Origin: a virus
Strand: one strand, 5' to 3'
IMG/VR virus record: IMGVR_UViG_3300022719_000028
Location: 1 to 59,321 of that record
Length of the DNA stretch: 59,321 nt
The notes beneath the pieces were generated by a model, which saw only the letters and a program-made list of their open reading frames with translations, ran no database searches and was not told where the DNA came from. Position numbers and translations under genes: made by a program. This document shows, one piece after another, positions 1 through 6,892 of this stretch (within the stretch, counting starts at the first letter, position 1; every line of letters starts with the position of its first letter).

Positions 1-2
1 GC

Positions 3-293
3 GGCGGCGGAACCACCACGACCACGACCACGACAACGACAACGACAACCACGACAACAACGACAACGACAACTTCAACTTCAAGCGGCGGCGGAAGCGG
101 AAGCGGAAGCGGCGGCGGAACCACCACGACCACGACCACGACAACGACAAGTTCAACATCGGGCGGCGGCGGAACCACAACAACCACCACAACCACAACA
201 ACAACTTCAACAACATCAGGCGGCGGAAGTTCAAGTTCAAGTTCAACAACGACAAGTTCAACATCAGGCGGCGGATCTCCAACGCTACCATAA
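3..293 (+). CDS. C-terminal end of tail-tip/host-specificity protein (3' part of the ORF that leaves the window at 59321)
   Basis: Frame +3 is open from the first bases (GGG, poly-T, STSS, GGGSGSGSGGG, poly-T ... SPTLP). Stop TAA 291-293. Nt 12-137 are identical to nt 59196-59321 in the same codon phase. Confidence 0.7.
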   Translation, partial: GGGTTTTTTTTTTTTTTTTTTTTTSTSSGGGSGSGSGGGTTTTTTTTTTSSTSGGGGTTTTTTTTTTTSTTSGGGSSSSSSTTTSSTSGGGSPTLP

Positions 294-320
294 AAAGCAA
301 AACTGAAAGGGCGCTATCCG

Positions 321-1823
321 ATGGAGTTTTATTTGAGAGTTACCGGGCAAAAAGGCGATGCAACTTATGTGGGCGAATGCGTTCAAAAGTTTCATGAAAC
401 GAACGGGCTGGAACCGTTGGAAGTTGATGAAGCTTTTTCGAAAGCGATGGACGAATACGGCGAAGTTCGATTGATCATCAGCCGGGAAAGAATCGCGGGC
501 ATGATTACGGTTGCGCATTACGGGCAACCAAAAGAGAACATCGGCCGCATTCGGTTTCTTTGGGTTGATGAAGCGTTTCGCGGTCAAGGCTTGGCGTATA
601 ACGCGATTCTTCACATTATGCGCGGTTATCCCTTCAAAAATTGGGTTGCCGATACGGGGCAAAATGAAGCGGCACGGAACCTATTCAAAAAGCATGGGTT
701 CGAATCGTTTGATGAATCGCCGGATATGATGATTCGGAAGATTGACGAAGATCCGAATTTGACTTGCGTTCATCGCGGCGAACCGGTTGCAAACATCTAT
801 TGCAAACCATGCAAATCGAAAACAGGCCGGGGCCGAATGGTAACGGTTTTCGGTTGCGAACTTCACGAACATTGCACGTTGAACAATGAAATGGTTCGGT
901 ATAACAAAAAGCGTTCAACCGCATGTTCAACTTGCGAAGATCGGCAAGAGGTAAAACGCGATTTTCGTTTAGATATCGGCATGGCTTGTTTCGACGATTA
1001 CGAAGGCGTTTGGTTTACGATTCAGGCGATGCGGCTGGAAGCGCGGGCAAGAAACATTCCGGCCGATATCCGATTCATCATCATTGACAATCATCCGGTT
1101 TCGGCGCATGGGCGGCTTCTGAATGAATTCGCCGATCAATGTGAAGACGTTCGTTATGTGGCTTATACGGATCGGCAAGGAACATCCGGGCCGCGCGATG
1201 AAGTTTTCAAACGGTCGGATGCCGATGCCGTTGTTTGCGTTGATTCGCATATTTTGCTTTGGCCGGGAAGCTTGGCGGCGCTGGTTGAATACTTTGTTGA
1301 AAATCCGGAATCAAAAGATTTGGTTCAAGGCTTATTGCTTTGGGATAATTTGATTCCGGATCATGGCGCAACGCATATGGATCCGGTTTCTTGGGATGCG
1401 AATATGTGGGGGAAGTGGGCGCATGATGAACGCGGGGCGAAGCTTGGCGGCGAACCGTTTGATATTCCGATGCAAGGGTTATGGTTGTTCGGATGCCGGC
1501 GCGAAGCTTGGCTTGGCTTCAACGAATATCAACGCGGCTTCGGAAGTGAAGAAGGATACATTCACGAAAAGTTTCGACAAGCGGGCCGGCGAACTTTGAT
1601 GTTGCCTTCCGTTCGCGGCGTTCATAAATTCGGAAAGCCGGAAGGCGTAAAGTATCCGAACAACTTGCCGGATATTTGCCGGAACTATGTTATCAGTCAT
1701 TACGAACTTGGATTGCCGATGGAACCAATTCAAAAACATTTCGTTGATGAACTGAACTTGCCAATTGATATGTTTGAACTTTTCATTTCGGAAGCCAAAA
1801 GGATCTACAATGCCAAAAGTTAG
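321..1823 (+). CDS. GNAT N-acetyltransferase / Cys-rich linker / GT-A (family 2-like) glycosyltransferase fusion protein
   Basis: N-term RIRFLWVDEAFRGQGLA...LFKKHGF (GNAT motif A). Cys-rich segment CVHR..CKPCKS..CELHEHC..CSTC. C-term IRFIIIDNHP, VVCVDSH (DxH) and GFGSEEGYIHEKFRQAG...P..RGVHKF typical of GT-A enzymes. GAAAGGG RBS upstream. Confidence 0.75.
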   Translation: MEFYLRVTGQKGDATYVGECVQKFHETNGLEPLEVDEAFSKAMDEYGEVRLIISRERIAGMITVAHYGQPKENIGRIRFLWVDEAFRGQGLAYNAILHIMRGYPFKNWVADTGQNEAARNLFKKHGFESFDESPDMMIRKIDEDPNLTCVHRGEPVANIYCKPCKSKTGRGRMVTVFGCELHEHCTLNNEMVRYNKKRSTACSTCEDRQEVKRDFRLDIGMACFDDYEGVWFTIQAMRLEARARNIPADIRFIIIDNHPVSAHGRLLNEFADQCEDVRYVAYTDRQGTSGPRDEVFKRSDADAVVCVDSHILLWPGSLAALVEYFVENPESKDLVQGLLLWDNLIPDHGATHMDPVSWDANMWGKWAHDERGAKLGGEPFDIPMQGLWLFGCRREAWLGFNEYQRGFGSEEGYIHEKFRQAGRRTLMLPSVRGVHKFGKPEGVKYPNNLPDICRNYVISHYELGLPMEPIQKHFVDELNLPIDMFELFISEAKRIYNAKS

Positions 1824-2592
1824 TTGCCTATGCCCAACGTTCAGACGGCCGAAAGCCGTTGCGAATGCGGTTGCCTGTTTTTTGATGCAAGATTTTGAGG
1901 ATTCCGAATTGATCGTTTTCGATGATGAAGGCGATTTCATTCCGGGAGTTATCGCGGGCCGCGTAAAAGTTGTTTCGATTCCGTTTCGGTTTCGTTCGCT
2001 TCCGGAAAAGTTCAATGCGTGCGCCGGGCTGGCAAGCGGCGATTCTGAATTTCTAATCGTTTGGGAAGATGATGATGTGTATCTTCCAACGCATATCAAA
2101 AATCATGTTGACGTTTTGAGTTCAACGGCTGACATTTCAGTTACCGGAAAACTCTACGATGAAAAAGGCGATGCCGGAAACATTCGCGTTCGCGACAATA
2201 CGATTTCGTTTCATTCGGGTTGGGCATACCGGCGCGATTTCTTCGATTTGATTGATGGTTATCGAATCACAAAGGCGCTGAACTTCGATCAACAGACATT
2301 CAACAAATTCATTGAAAACGGCGCGGGGTTGGATTCAACGCCGGAAGCTTCGCATGTTTATACTTGGCTGACTTCCGGTTATACGAACGGATCCGCATTG
2401 CATGGGGAAAAGGCCGATTCGGGCGAATGGTGGGAAGCGGCCGGCCGGCTGGATTACAACGACAAGCCGGAAGGGCCGATCAAACTTGAACCGAAACTTT
2501 CGGAACAATCTGAAACAATCTTTTCCGAGTTGTTCCCGAAACATCTGGAAAAATTTCAGAATAAAAATAAAAAAAGTGAATTCAGTTATTGA
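1810..2592 (+). CDS. family-2 (GT-A) glycosyltransferase
   Basis: VSCLCPTFRRPKAV...SELIVFDDEGD and WEDDDVY (DxD). ATG 1810 is preferred to 1765 because it abuts the end of the upstream gene. Confidence 0.75.
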   Translation: MPKVSCLCPTFRRPKAVANAVACFLMQDFEDSELIVFDDEGDFIPGVIAGRVKVVSIPFRFRSLPEKFNACAGLASGDSEFLIVWEDDDVYLPTHIKNHVDVLSSTADISVTGKLYDEKGDAGNIRVRDNTISFHSGWAYRRDFFDLIDGYRITKALNFDQQTFNKFIENGAGLDSTPEASHVYTWLTSGYTNGSALHGEKADSGEWWEAAGRLDYNDKPEGPIKLEPKLSEQSETIFSELFPKHLEKFQNKNKKSEFSY

Positions 2593-2680
2593 CGGGGCCG
2601 ATTATTGTGATATCATTTAAGCATGAACGGAAGGCAAGGCCGTTCGATATCACTTACTCAATTCTGAAAGGCACGGAACT
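2576..2680 (+). promoter_or_regulatory. early promoter/operator/leader cassette, copy 1
   Basis: Dyad TGAATTCA 2577-2584. -35 TTGACG 2589-2594, 16-nt spacer, TGA-TATCAT extended -10 2608-2616 (contains TGATATCA). Leader hairpin GAACGG/CCGTTC 2625-2645 with loop AAGGCAAGG. GAAAGGCACGGAAC before ATG 2681. Confidence 0.7.
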
Positions 2681-2878
2681 ATGCGTTGGATTATTCAAAG
2701 CGAACCTCACAAAAGCGGAACTCGTTGGGAAGGGAATGTTGTTGTTGTTCGCGGCGGCGGCGACTATCGGATCCCGGTTCAACATTGCGAACTTGTGGAA
2801 ATGAGTTTGCGGCTTCACGGGCGCGTTTTTGGAAGTTACTTGGAAACCGTTCGCGATTTAATGCTTGCGGGATTCTGA
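2681..2878 (+). CDS. hypothetical early protein (65 aa)
   Basis: First ORF after cassette promoter 1. GAAAGG RBS 9 nt upstream. Followed directly by an intrinsic terminator. Confidence 0.6.
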   Translation: MRWIIQSEPHKSGTRWEGNVVVVRGGGDYRIPVQHCELVEMSLRLHGRVFGSYLETVRDLMLAGF

Positions 2879-2884
2879 AACAAC

Positions 2885-2916
2885 GCGGGCCGTCAAACCG
2901 GCGGCCCGTTTTTTTC
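2885..2916 (+). terminator. intrinsic terminator
   Basis: GGGCCG 2887-2892 / CGGCCC 2902-2907, then T7 2909-2915. Part of a ~65-nt module repeated at 4532 and 26966. Confidence 0.75.
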
Positions 2917-2938
2917 TTCAACTGAAAGGCAAGGCAAG

Positions 2939-3955
2939 ATGAAGATCAAACAAAATTCAACCGACATTCCGAACAACATCATTCGCAAGGCGTGCGCGTT
3001 CGTTGCGGGCGAACTGGAAAATTTCAGTTTGAAAGATGTTCGCGTTCTGAAAGTCAAGAACACAAAGCGGCGATTCACCGGTTACGCTTATTATGATGGG
3101 CATGAAGTTGTTATTCGTATCGGGCCGGCAAATCATTTCCCTGTTGAAAGCAAACGACTCGGCGTGAAATTCAGAGTTGAATCGCGCGTTGAAGGATTGG
3201 TTGCAATCATCGCGCATGAATTCGGTCACGTTTGGCAAGGCAAGAAACATCAAACAAGCCGGCGGCCCGGAACTTCGCAAGAGGTTGAACGGCAATGCGA
3301 ACGATTTGAAAAATTGATCCTGAAAGCATTCCGCGAACGCTCGGAAGAATTCCTTGAAGCTTGGGGCATCGGCCCGGATTGCAAACCAAAGGCCGAACCG
3401 GAAGCGCCGGTTTCTGATATCGTTGCCGAACGGGCGGCGAATGTTGAATCAAAGGTTGCCGAATGGGAAGCCGAGATTGTGAAACGCGAACGGGCGTTGA
3501 AGCGGGCAAAGAAAACGTTGACGAAATGGAAAGCGAAACGCCGATACTACCAAAAGAAACTTTCGGAACCGGGCCGGCAACTTGCGGCGAAGGGAAGCAA
3601 ACCGCGAAAACTGAAACCGGAAACGGTTTTGAAAAACAAGATCGCAAAGTTCATTCGGCTTTACCTGCGCGACCGATACGGCATTCAATCCGGAACGCAT
3701 GAACTTTCTTTTTCCGAGTTCATCAACCGGGAAGGCGAACCATGTTTGACGCGGCCCGCGCCGGATGTTGTTGAAGATCCGTTCGTTGATTTCTTTGAAT
3801 GGAAGGATATGAAAAAGCTGGTTGCGCTGGGCGATGTTCTGGAAGTTCACGCATACAATCGACGAACCGGCGAACGCGATGGAATGGGCGAAGATGTTCC
3901 GATCCCTGAAACCGAAGAAAAGCTTGAACAAGAAATTGAAAGGTTTGCGAAATGA
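2939..3955 (+). CDS. SprT-like HExxH zinc-metallopeptidase-like protein with charged coiled-coil C-terminal half
   Basis: RFTGYAYYDGHEVVIRIG ... LVAIIAHEFGHVWQ (HExxH). RBS GAAAGGCAAGGCAAG-ATG. Confidence 0.5.
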   Translation: MKIKQNSTDIPNNIIRKACAFVAGELENFSLKDVRVLKVKNTKRRFTGYAYYDGHEVVIRIGPANHFPVESKRLGVKFRVESRVEGLVAIIAHEFGHVWQGKKHQTSRRPGTSQEVERQCERFEKLILKAFRERSEEFLEAWGIGPDCKPKAEPEAPVSDIVAERAANVESKVAEWEAEIVKRERALKRAKKTLTKWKAKRRYYQKKLSEPGRQLAAKGSKPRKLKPETVLKNKIAKFIRLYLRDRYGIQSGTHELSFSEFINREGEPCLTRPAPDVVEDPFVDFFEWKDMKKLVALGDVLEVHAYNRRTGERDGMGEDVPIPETEEKLEQEIERFAK

Positions 3956-4200
3956 CGAGGCCACCGAAGAAACGATTGGCGGCGGAAAAACTTTTTGAAA
4001 CGTTGGCAACCGGGCCAATATCAATCGACGATATAACAAAAGGCCGTTCGCATTCCGAACCGGAACGGCTTCGCGAGAATTACGATCTTTGGTTTCGTTC
4101 TTGGGTACGCAATCAATTGATTGATTTGATTCCGCAACTATCGAAAGAAGCGGCGGAACGGATCGAAGAAAAACTTTCAGAAAAACAAAAAAAAGAGTGA
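3952..4200 (+). CDS. hypothetical protein (82 aa)
   Basis: ATGA start/stop overlap with the upstream gene. Its stop lies inside the cassette-2 dyad. Confidence 0.5.
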   Translation: MTRPPKKRLAAEKLFETLATGPISIDDITKGRSHSEPERLRENYDLWFRSWVRNQLIDLIPQLSKEAAERIEEKLSEKQKKE

Positions 4201-4298
4201 TATCAGAATTGACCGAACGCCGATAAGTGATATCATATAAACATCGACGGAAGGCAAGGCCGTCAAACATCACTCGAAACTTTGAAAGGCACGGAATT
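4197..4298 (+). promoter_or_regulatory. early promoter/operator/leader cassette, copy 2
   Basis: TGATATCA 4198-4205. -35 TTGACC 4209-4214. TATCAT 4231-4236 (TGATATCA 4228-4235). Hairpin GACGG/CCGTC 4246-4264 with loop AAGGCAAGG. GAAAGGCACGGAAT before ATG 4299. Confidence 0.7.
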
Positions 4299-4535
4299 AT
4301 GACAGTCACAAAAACAGTTGATATCAAAACCGATTTGATTGAAAGCTTGGTTGAGCTTCGCGAGAAGATGGAAGCCGGCAAAACAACGGATGCCGGATAC
4401 ATTCTTTCGGAAGTTCTCGATGCGGTTTCATCATCATCGGTTTCGGTTACTTGCGAACGGGTTGTTCGCGACGATAAGCAACCGGGCGCGTTGCCGGAAG
4501 GCGAAACCAACTACGCGGCATACAACATCGACTGA
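4299..4535 (+). CDS. hypothetical early protein (78 aa)
   Basis: An internal ATG of ORF 4227-4535 is chosen because the upstream part of that ORF is the promoter/leader. Canonical RBS spacing. Terminator follows. Confidence 0.6.
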   Translation: MTVTKTVDIKTDLIESLVELREKMEAGKTTDAGYILSEVLDAVSSSSVSVTCERVVRDDKQPGALPEGETNYAAYNID

Positions 4536-4540
4536 AACAA

Positions 4541-4570
4541 CGCGGGCCGTTTCGGCGGCCCGTTCTTTTC
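4541..4570 (+). terminator. intrinsic terminator
   Basis: GGGCCG 4544-4549 / CGGCCC 4556-4561 followed by a T-rich run. Confidence 0.7.
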
Positions 4571-4593
4571 TCTTATCACTGAAAGGCAAGGCA

Positions 4594-4920
4594 ATGAAGA
4601 ATCAAATCAAGGCATGCGGTTTGGAAGCAATCGAAATGATTTACGAAGGCGATACGGTTGCGGCGCATTCGATGGAATCGGAAAGCCGGGAATGCGAAGG
4701 CCCGCAAGCGAACTATGTTGTTGGGCAAGTTATGAAAACCGTTCAACCGGGCGAAGATCGCTTTTGCAAACATGCGGTTGAATGCTATCAAATCCGAATC
4801 ATGCTGGAAGTTAAAAAAGGCAAAACGAATTTTCGGCGTTCTGGTTTTCTTCATTATGTTCCGGTTAATGGAACAACCAACGTTTTCGGAAAGCCGAACA
4901 ACTTGGTTCATACGATCTGA
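4594..4920 (+). CDS. hypothetical early protein (108 aa)
   Basis: GAAAGGCAAGGCA-ATG RBS. The upstream part of ORF 4339-4920 overlaps the previous gene and a terminator. Confidence 0.6.
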   Translation: MKNQIKACGLEAIEMIYEGDTVAAHSMESESRECEGPQANYVVGQVMKTVQPGEDRFCKHAVECYQIRIMLEVKKGKTNFRRSGFLHYVPVNGTTNVFGKPNNLVHTI

Positions 4921-4927
4921 AACAACG

Positions 4928-4957
4928 CGGCCCGGAAACGGGCCGTTTCCTTTTTTT
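4928..4957 (+). terminator. intrinsic terminator
   Basis: CGGCCCG 4928-4934, GAAA loop, CGGGCCG 4939-4945, then TTTCCTTTTTTT. Confidence 0.75.
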
Positions 4958-4971
4958 GAAAGAACTATTCA

Positions 4972-5325
4972 ATGAATTACGATCCTGAAAAATTTGACTT
5001 TGGCGAACGCACGAATGAAGAAATTGCGGCGGCGGCTTTGGAAGTTGCCGAAGTGATGCGAAATCATTTCGGGCCGGATTGCAAGCCGGAACATATCGTT
5101 GGAATGTTGGCAATGATTGCGCTTCAATATCAAATGAATTGCGGAACGGGCGCGGATTCGCTTCATGCGATTATTCACAACGCCGGCGTTTGTTGGAACG
5201 CAATGTTGGAACATCAGGGTTTCATGGATCCGGACGAATCAACTCCGGGCTTCATGAATCCGGATGATGATGATGATGATGATGAACTTGGCGGCTTTGA
5301 TCGTCACGGATTTTCACAAAACTGA
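4972..5325 (+). CDS. hypothetical acidic protein (117 aa, C-terminal poly-Asp run)
   Basis: ORF with a GAAAGA RBS-like element. No family recognised. Confidence 0.55.
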   Translation: MNYDPEKFDFGERTNEEIAAAALEVAEVMRNHFGPDCKPEHIVGMLAMIALQYQMNCGTGADSLHAIIHNAGVCWNAMLEHQGFMDPDESTPGFMNPDDDDDDDELGGFDRHGFSQN

Positions 5326-5336
5326 AAGGCGGAAAA

Positions 5337-6005
5337 ATGGGAAGGCTAAAAAATGGCGCTTGCCGATGCGGGTTATCCTCAAAGATTCATTGCGTTGATT
5401 GCGGCAAGGGAAAGGCCGAAGCGAAAAAACTTTTCGTTCATCTTGGCGAATCCGGGCCGTTCGCTTCCGGGAAATTCATTGACGAACAAACGGAAGCAAT
5501 CGCGTTCAGCTATCCGAGAGGGCCGGCAACGGGCGCAATCTTTTCCGAATGCCGGAATCATCGGTTCGCGCTTTGGCGGATATGGGACAGACGAAAGCCG
5601 TTCGTTTGTTTCATCGGCTTGAATCCCTCGACGGCTGACGAAACCAAAAACGATAATACGGTTTCGCGTTGCGTTCGCTTCGCCGAAGATTTTGGCGGCG
5701 GCGGATTGGTTATGCTGAATGCGTTTTCATACCGGGCAACCGATCCGGAAGAAATGAAGCGGCAAGCCGTTCCGAATTTGATGGAAAATATCGATTGGAT
5801 TTCGGCGTTCGTTGGCTTGGCGGCGCTATCAGTTGCGGCTTGGGGAACGCATGGAACGTTCGCGAATCAAAGCGATTTCATTGCCTATCGAATGCGGAAG
5901 GATCTGCGAATGCTTCATTGTCTCGGAACGAACAAAGACGGAACGCCGAAACATCCGTTGTATTTGAAAGCCGATACGAAACCGGTTTTATGGTGCGAAC
6001 CGTAG
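5337..6005 (+). CDS. DUF1643-family protein with N-terminal Cys-rich extension
   Basis: NHRFALWRIWD..FVCFIGLNPSTADE..NDNTVSRCVRFA..GGLVMLNAFSYRATDP..WGTHG..LHCLGTNKDGTPKHPLYL matches the DUF1643 signature as I remember it. Confidence 0.7.
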   Translation: MGRLKNGACRCGLSSKIHCVDCGKGKAEAKKLFVHLGESGPFASGKFIDEQTEAIAFSYPRGPATGAIFSECRNHRFALWRIWDRRKPFVCFIGLNPSTADETKNDNTVSRCVRFAEDFGGGGLVMLNAFSYRATDPEEMKRQAVPNLMENIDWISAFVGLAALSVAAWGTHGTFANQSDFIAYRMRKDLRMLHCLGTNKDGTPKHPLYLKADTKPVLWCEP

Positions 6006-6087
6006 GAACGCGAAATTTCGATTCTGACGGCTTCGGGCGGTTCGGCGTAGGTTGAACCGTTTCGGGCCGTCAAAACGGCACGGCGCA

Positions 6088-6120
6088 ACGCTCCGGGATT
6101 TCTCCGGGGCGTTTTTCTTT
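6088..6120 (+). terminator. intrinsic terminator
   Basis: ACGCTCCGG 6088-6096 / CCGGGGCGT 6104-6112 (one G-U pair), then TTTTTCTTT. Confidence 0.65.
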
Positions 6121-6685
6121 GGGCGTTGCCTACAACCGGGCGGGCATCCGAAAAAGTTTATTTCAGTTTTTTATTTCGGCGGATCTATATTTTGTGGATG
6201 ACTCCCGCAAAAAACGGAAATGCACGGAAATTCCGGGAATTCAAACACAAGATATAGGGGTTGCCGGGCGGCCCGAATGGATCTGGTTGCGGTTTTGGGT
6301 ATTGAGGCCGGCGGAATGGATCCGATATCTTCGCAAACGCAACGAACGAAATTGAACCTTTCAGGCTTTCGCCGTATCCTGTTGATAACCGGCAAGCGCC
6401 GATTGGTTCACGTTCGTTGCAGTTCGTTGAATGGATACGCCGTTGCCGGTTTTTTCGTGCGCGGATATTCGTTGCAACGCGGCGTTGGGGCGAATGATTG
6501 CGAACGCCGTTACAAAGGAACCGCGCAATCAACGGCAATCGACCGAATGACGGGAACACGCAAGTTTTCGTTTTGGGGGGTAGGGGGGCTACGGCTTCTC
6601 TCCCTCATTCTGGGATCCGCAAGAGGGGTTTGATTCAAAGTTGAATGATTAAACTTGAAACTGAATTCACAAAAGGATCTAATCA
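6121..6685. other. 565-nt non-coding, highly structured region (candidate long leader/ncRNA or replication origin)
   Basis: Only Arg-rich, low-quality ORFs. Long hairpin 6339-6358/6405-6420. Hairpin 6480-6486/6503-6509. Five GATC sites. Shares 17-mer and 11-mer strings with the 13.5-kb non-coding segment. Confidence 0.55.
6571..6590 (+). promoter_or_regulatory. G-rich box TTTTGGGGGGTAGGGGGGCT upstream of the 6686 operon
   Basis: A near-copy CTTTGGGGGTATGGGGGCGGGTT lies at 32367-32389 upstream of the next long operon. Confidence 0.3.
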
Positions 6686-6892
6686 ATGAACCAACAAAGG
6701 CCGTTTTTGTATGGGAAAGTTAAGCGGGTTGATTGCTTTTGTGGAAAAACAACAATCCGGACAGTTAGAGGAAAAAGAGAAATAGAAATTTGCGACGGTT
6801 GCAAGCGCGACGTTCAACCGCATGAAATTTCGATTGACGATACCGGGCGAATGCTTCGGGAGTTGGACAAAAAAAACAAAGGCGCGGAATGA
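6686..6892 (+). CDS. small zinc-ribbon protein (68 aa)
   Basis: CFCG ... CDGC pairs. AAAGGA RBS. ATGA overlap with the next gene. Confidence 0.5.
   Translation: MNQQRPFLYGKVKRVDCFCGKTTIRTVRGKREIEICDGCKRDVQPHEISIDDTGRMLRELDKKNKGAE

Noticed and set aside
697-706. GGTTCGAATC, a tRNA T-arm-like string
   Set aside because: It is embedded in the GNAT coding sequence (..KHGFESF..). No acceptor or anticodon stems can be drawn around it. No tRNA was recognised anywhere in the window.
3449-4510. 353-aa minus-strand ORF. Similar long minus-strand ORFs lie at 1479-2099, 14912-15502, 16519-17181, 39689-40333, 44211-44900 and 51363-52019.
   Set aside because: They lie antisense to well-supported + strand genes. 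They are Arg/Phe/Ser/Pro-rich with no motifs, lack RBS-like sequences, and cross + strand promoters and terminators. They are typical shadow ORFs in a genome with strong codon bias.
6575-6625. Possible G-quadruplex from the G6, G6, G3 and G4 runs
   Set aside because: The third loop would be over 20 nt, and only two long G-runs are conserved in the second copy of the box at 32367-32389. A protein or RNA recognition motif seems more likely. This could not be evaluated further by eye.
6119-6633. ORFs 6119-6355 (+), 6220-6633 (+), 6185-6559 (-) and 6171-6395 (-) inside the gene-free region
   Set aside because: They have Arg/Gly-rich low-quality composition, no GAAAGG-type RBS, and overlap one another in several frames. 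The region is better explained as structured non-coding DNA or RNA.
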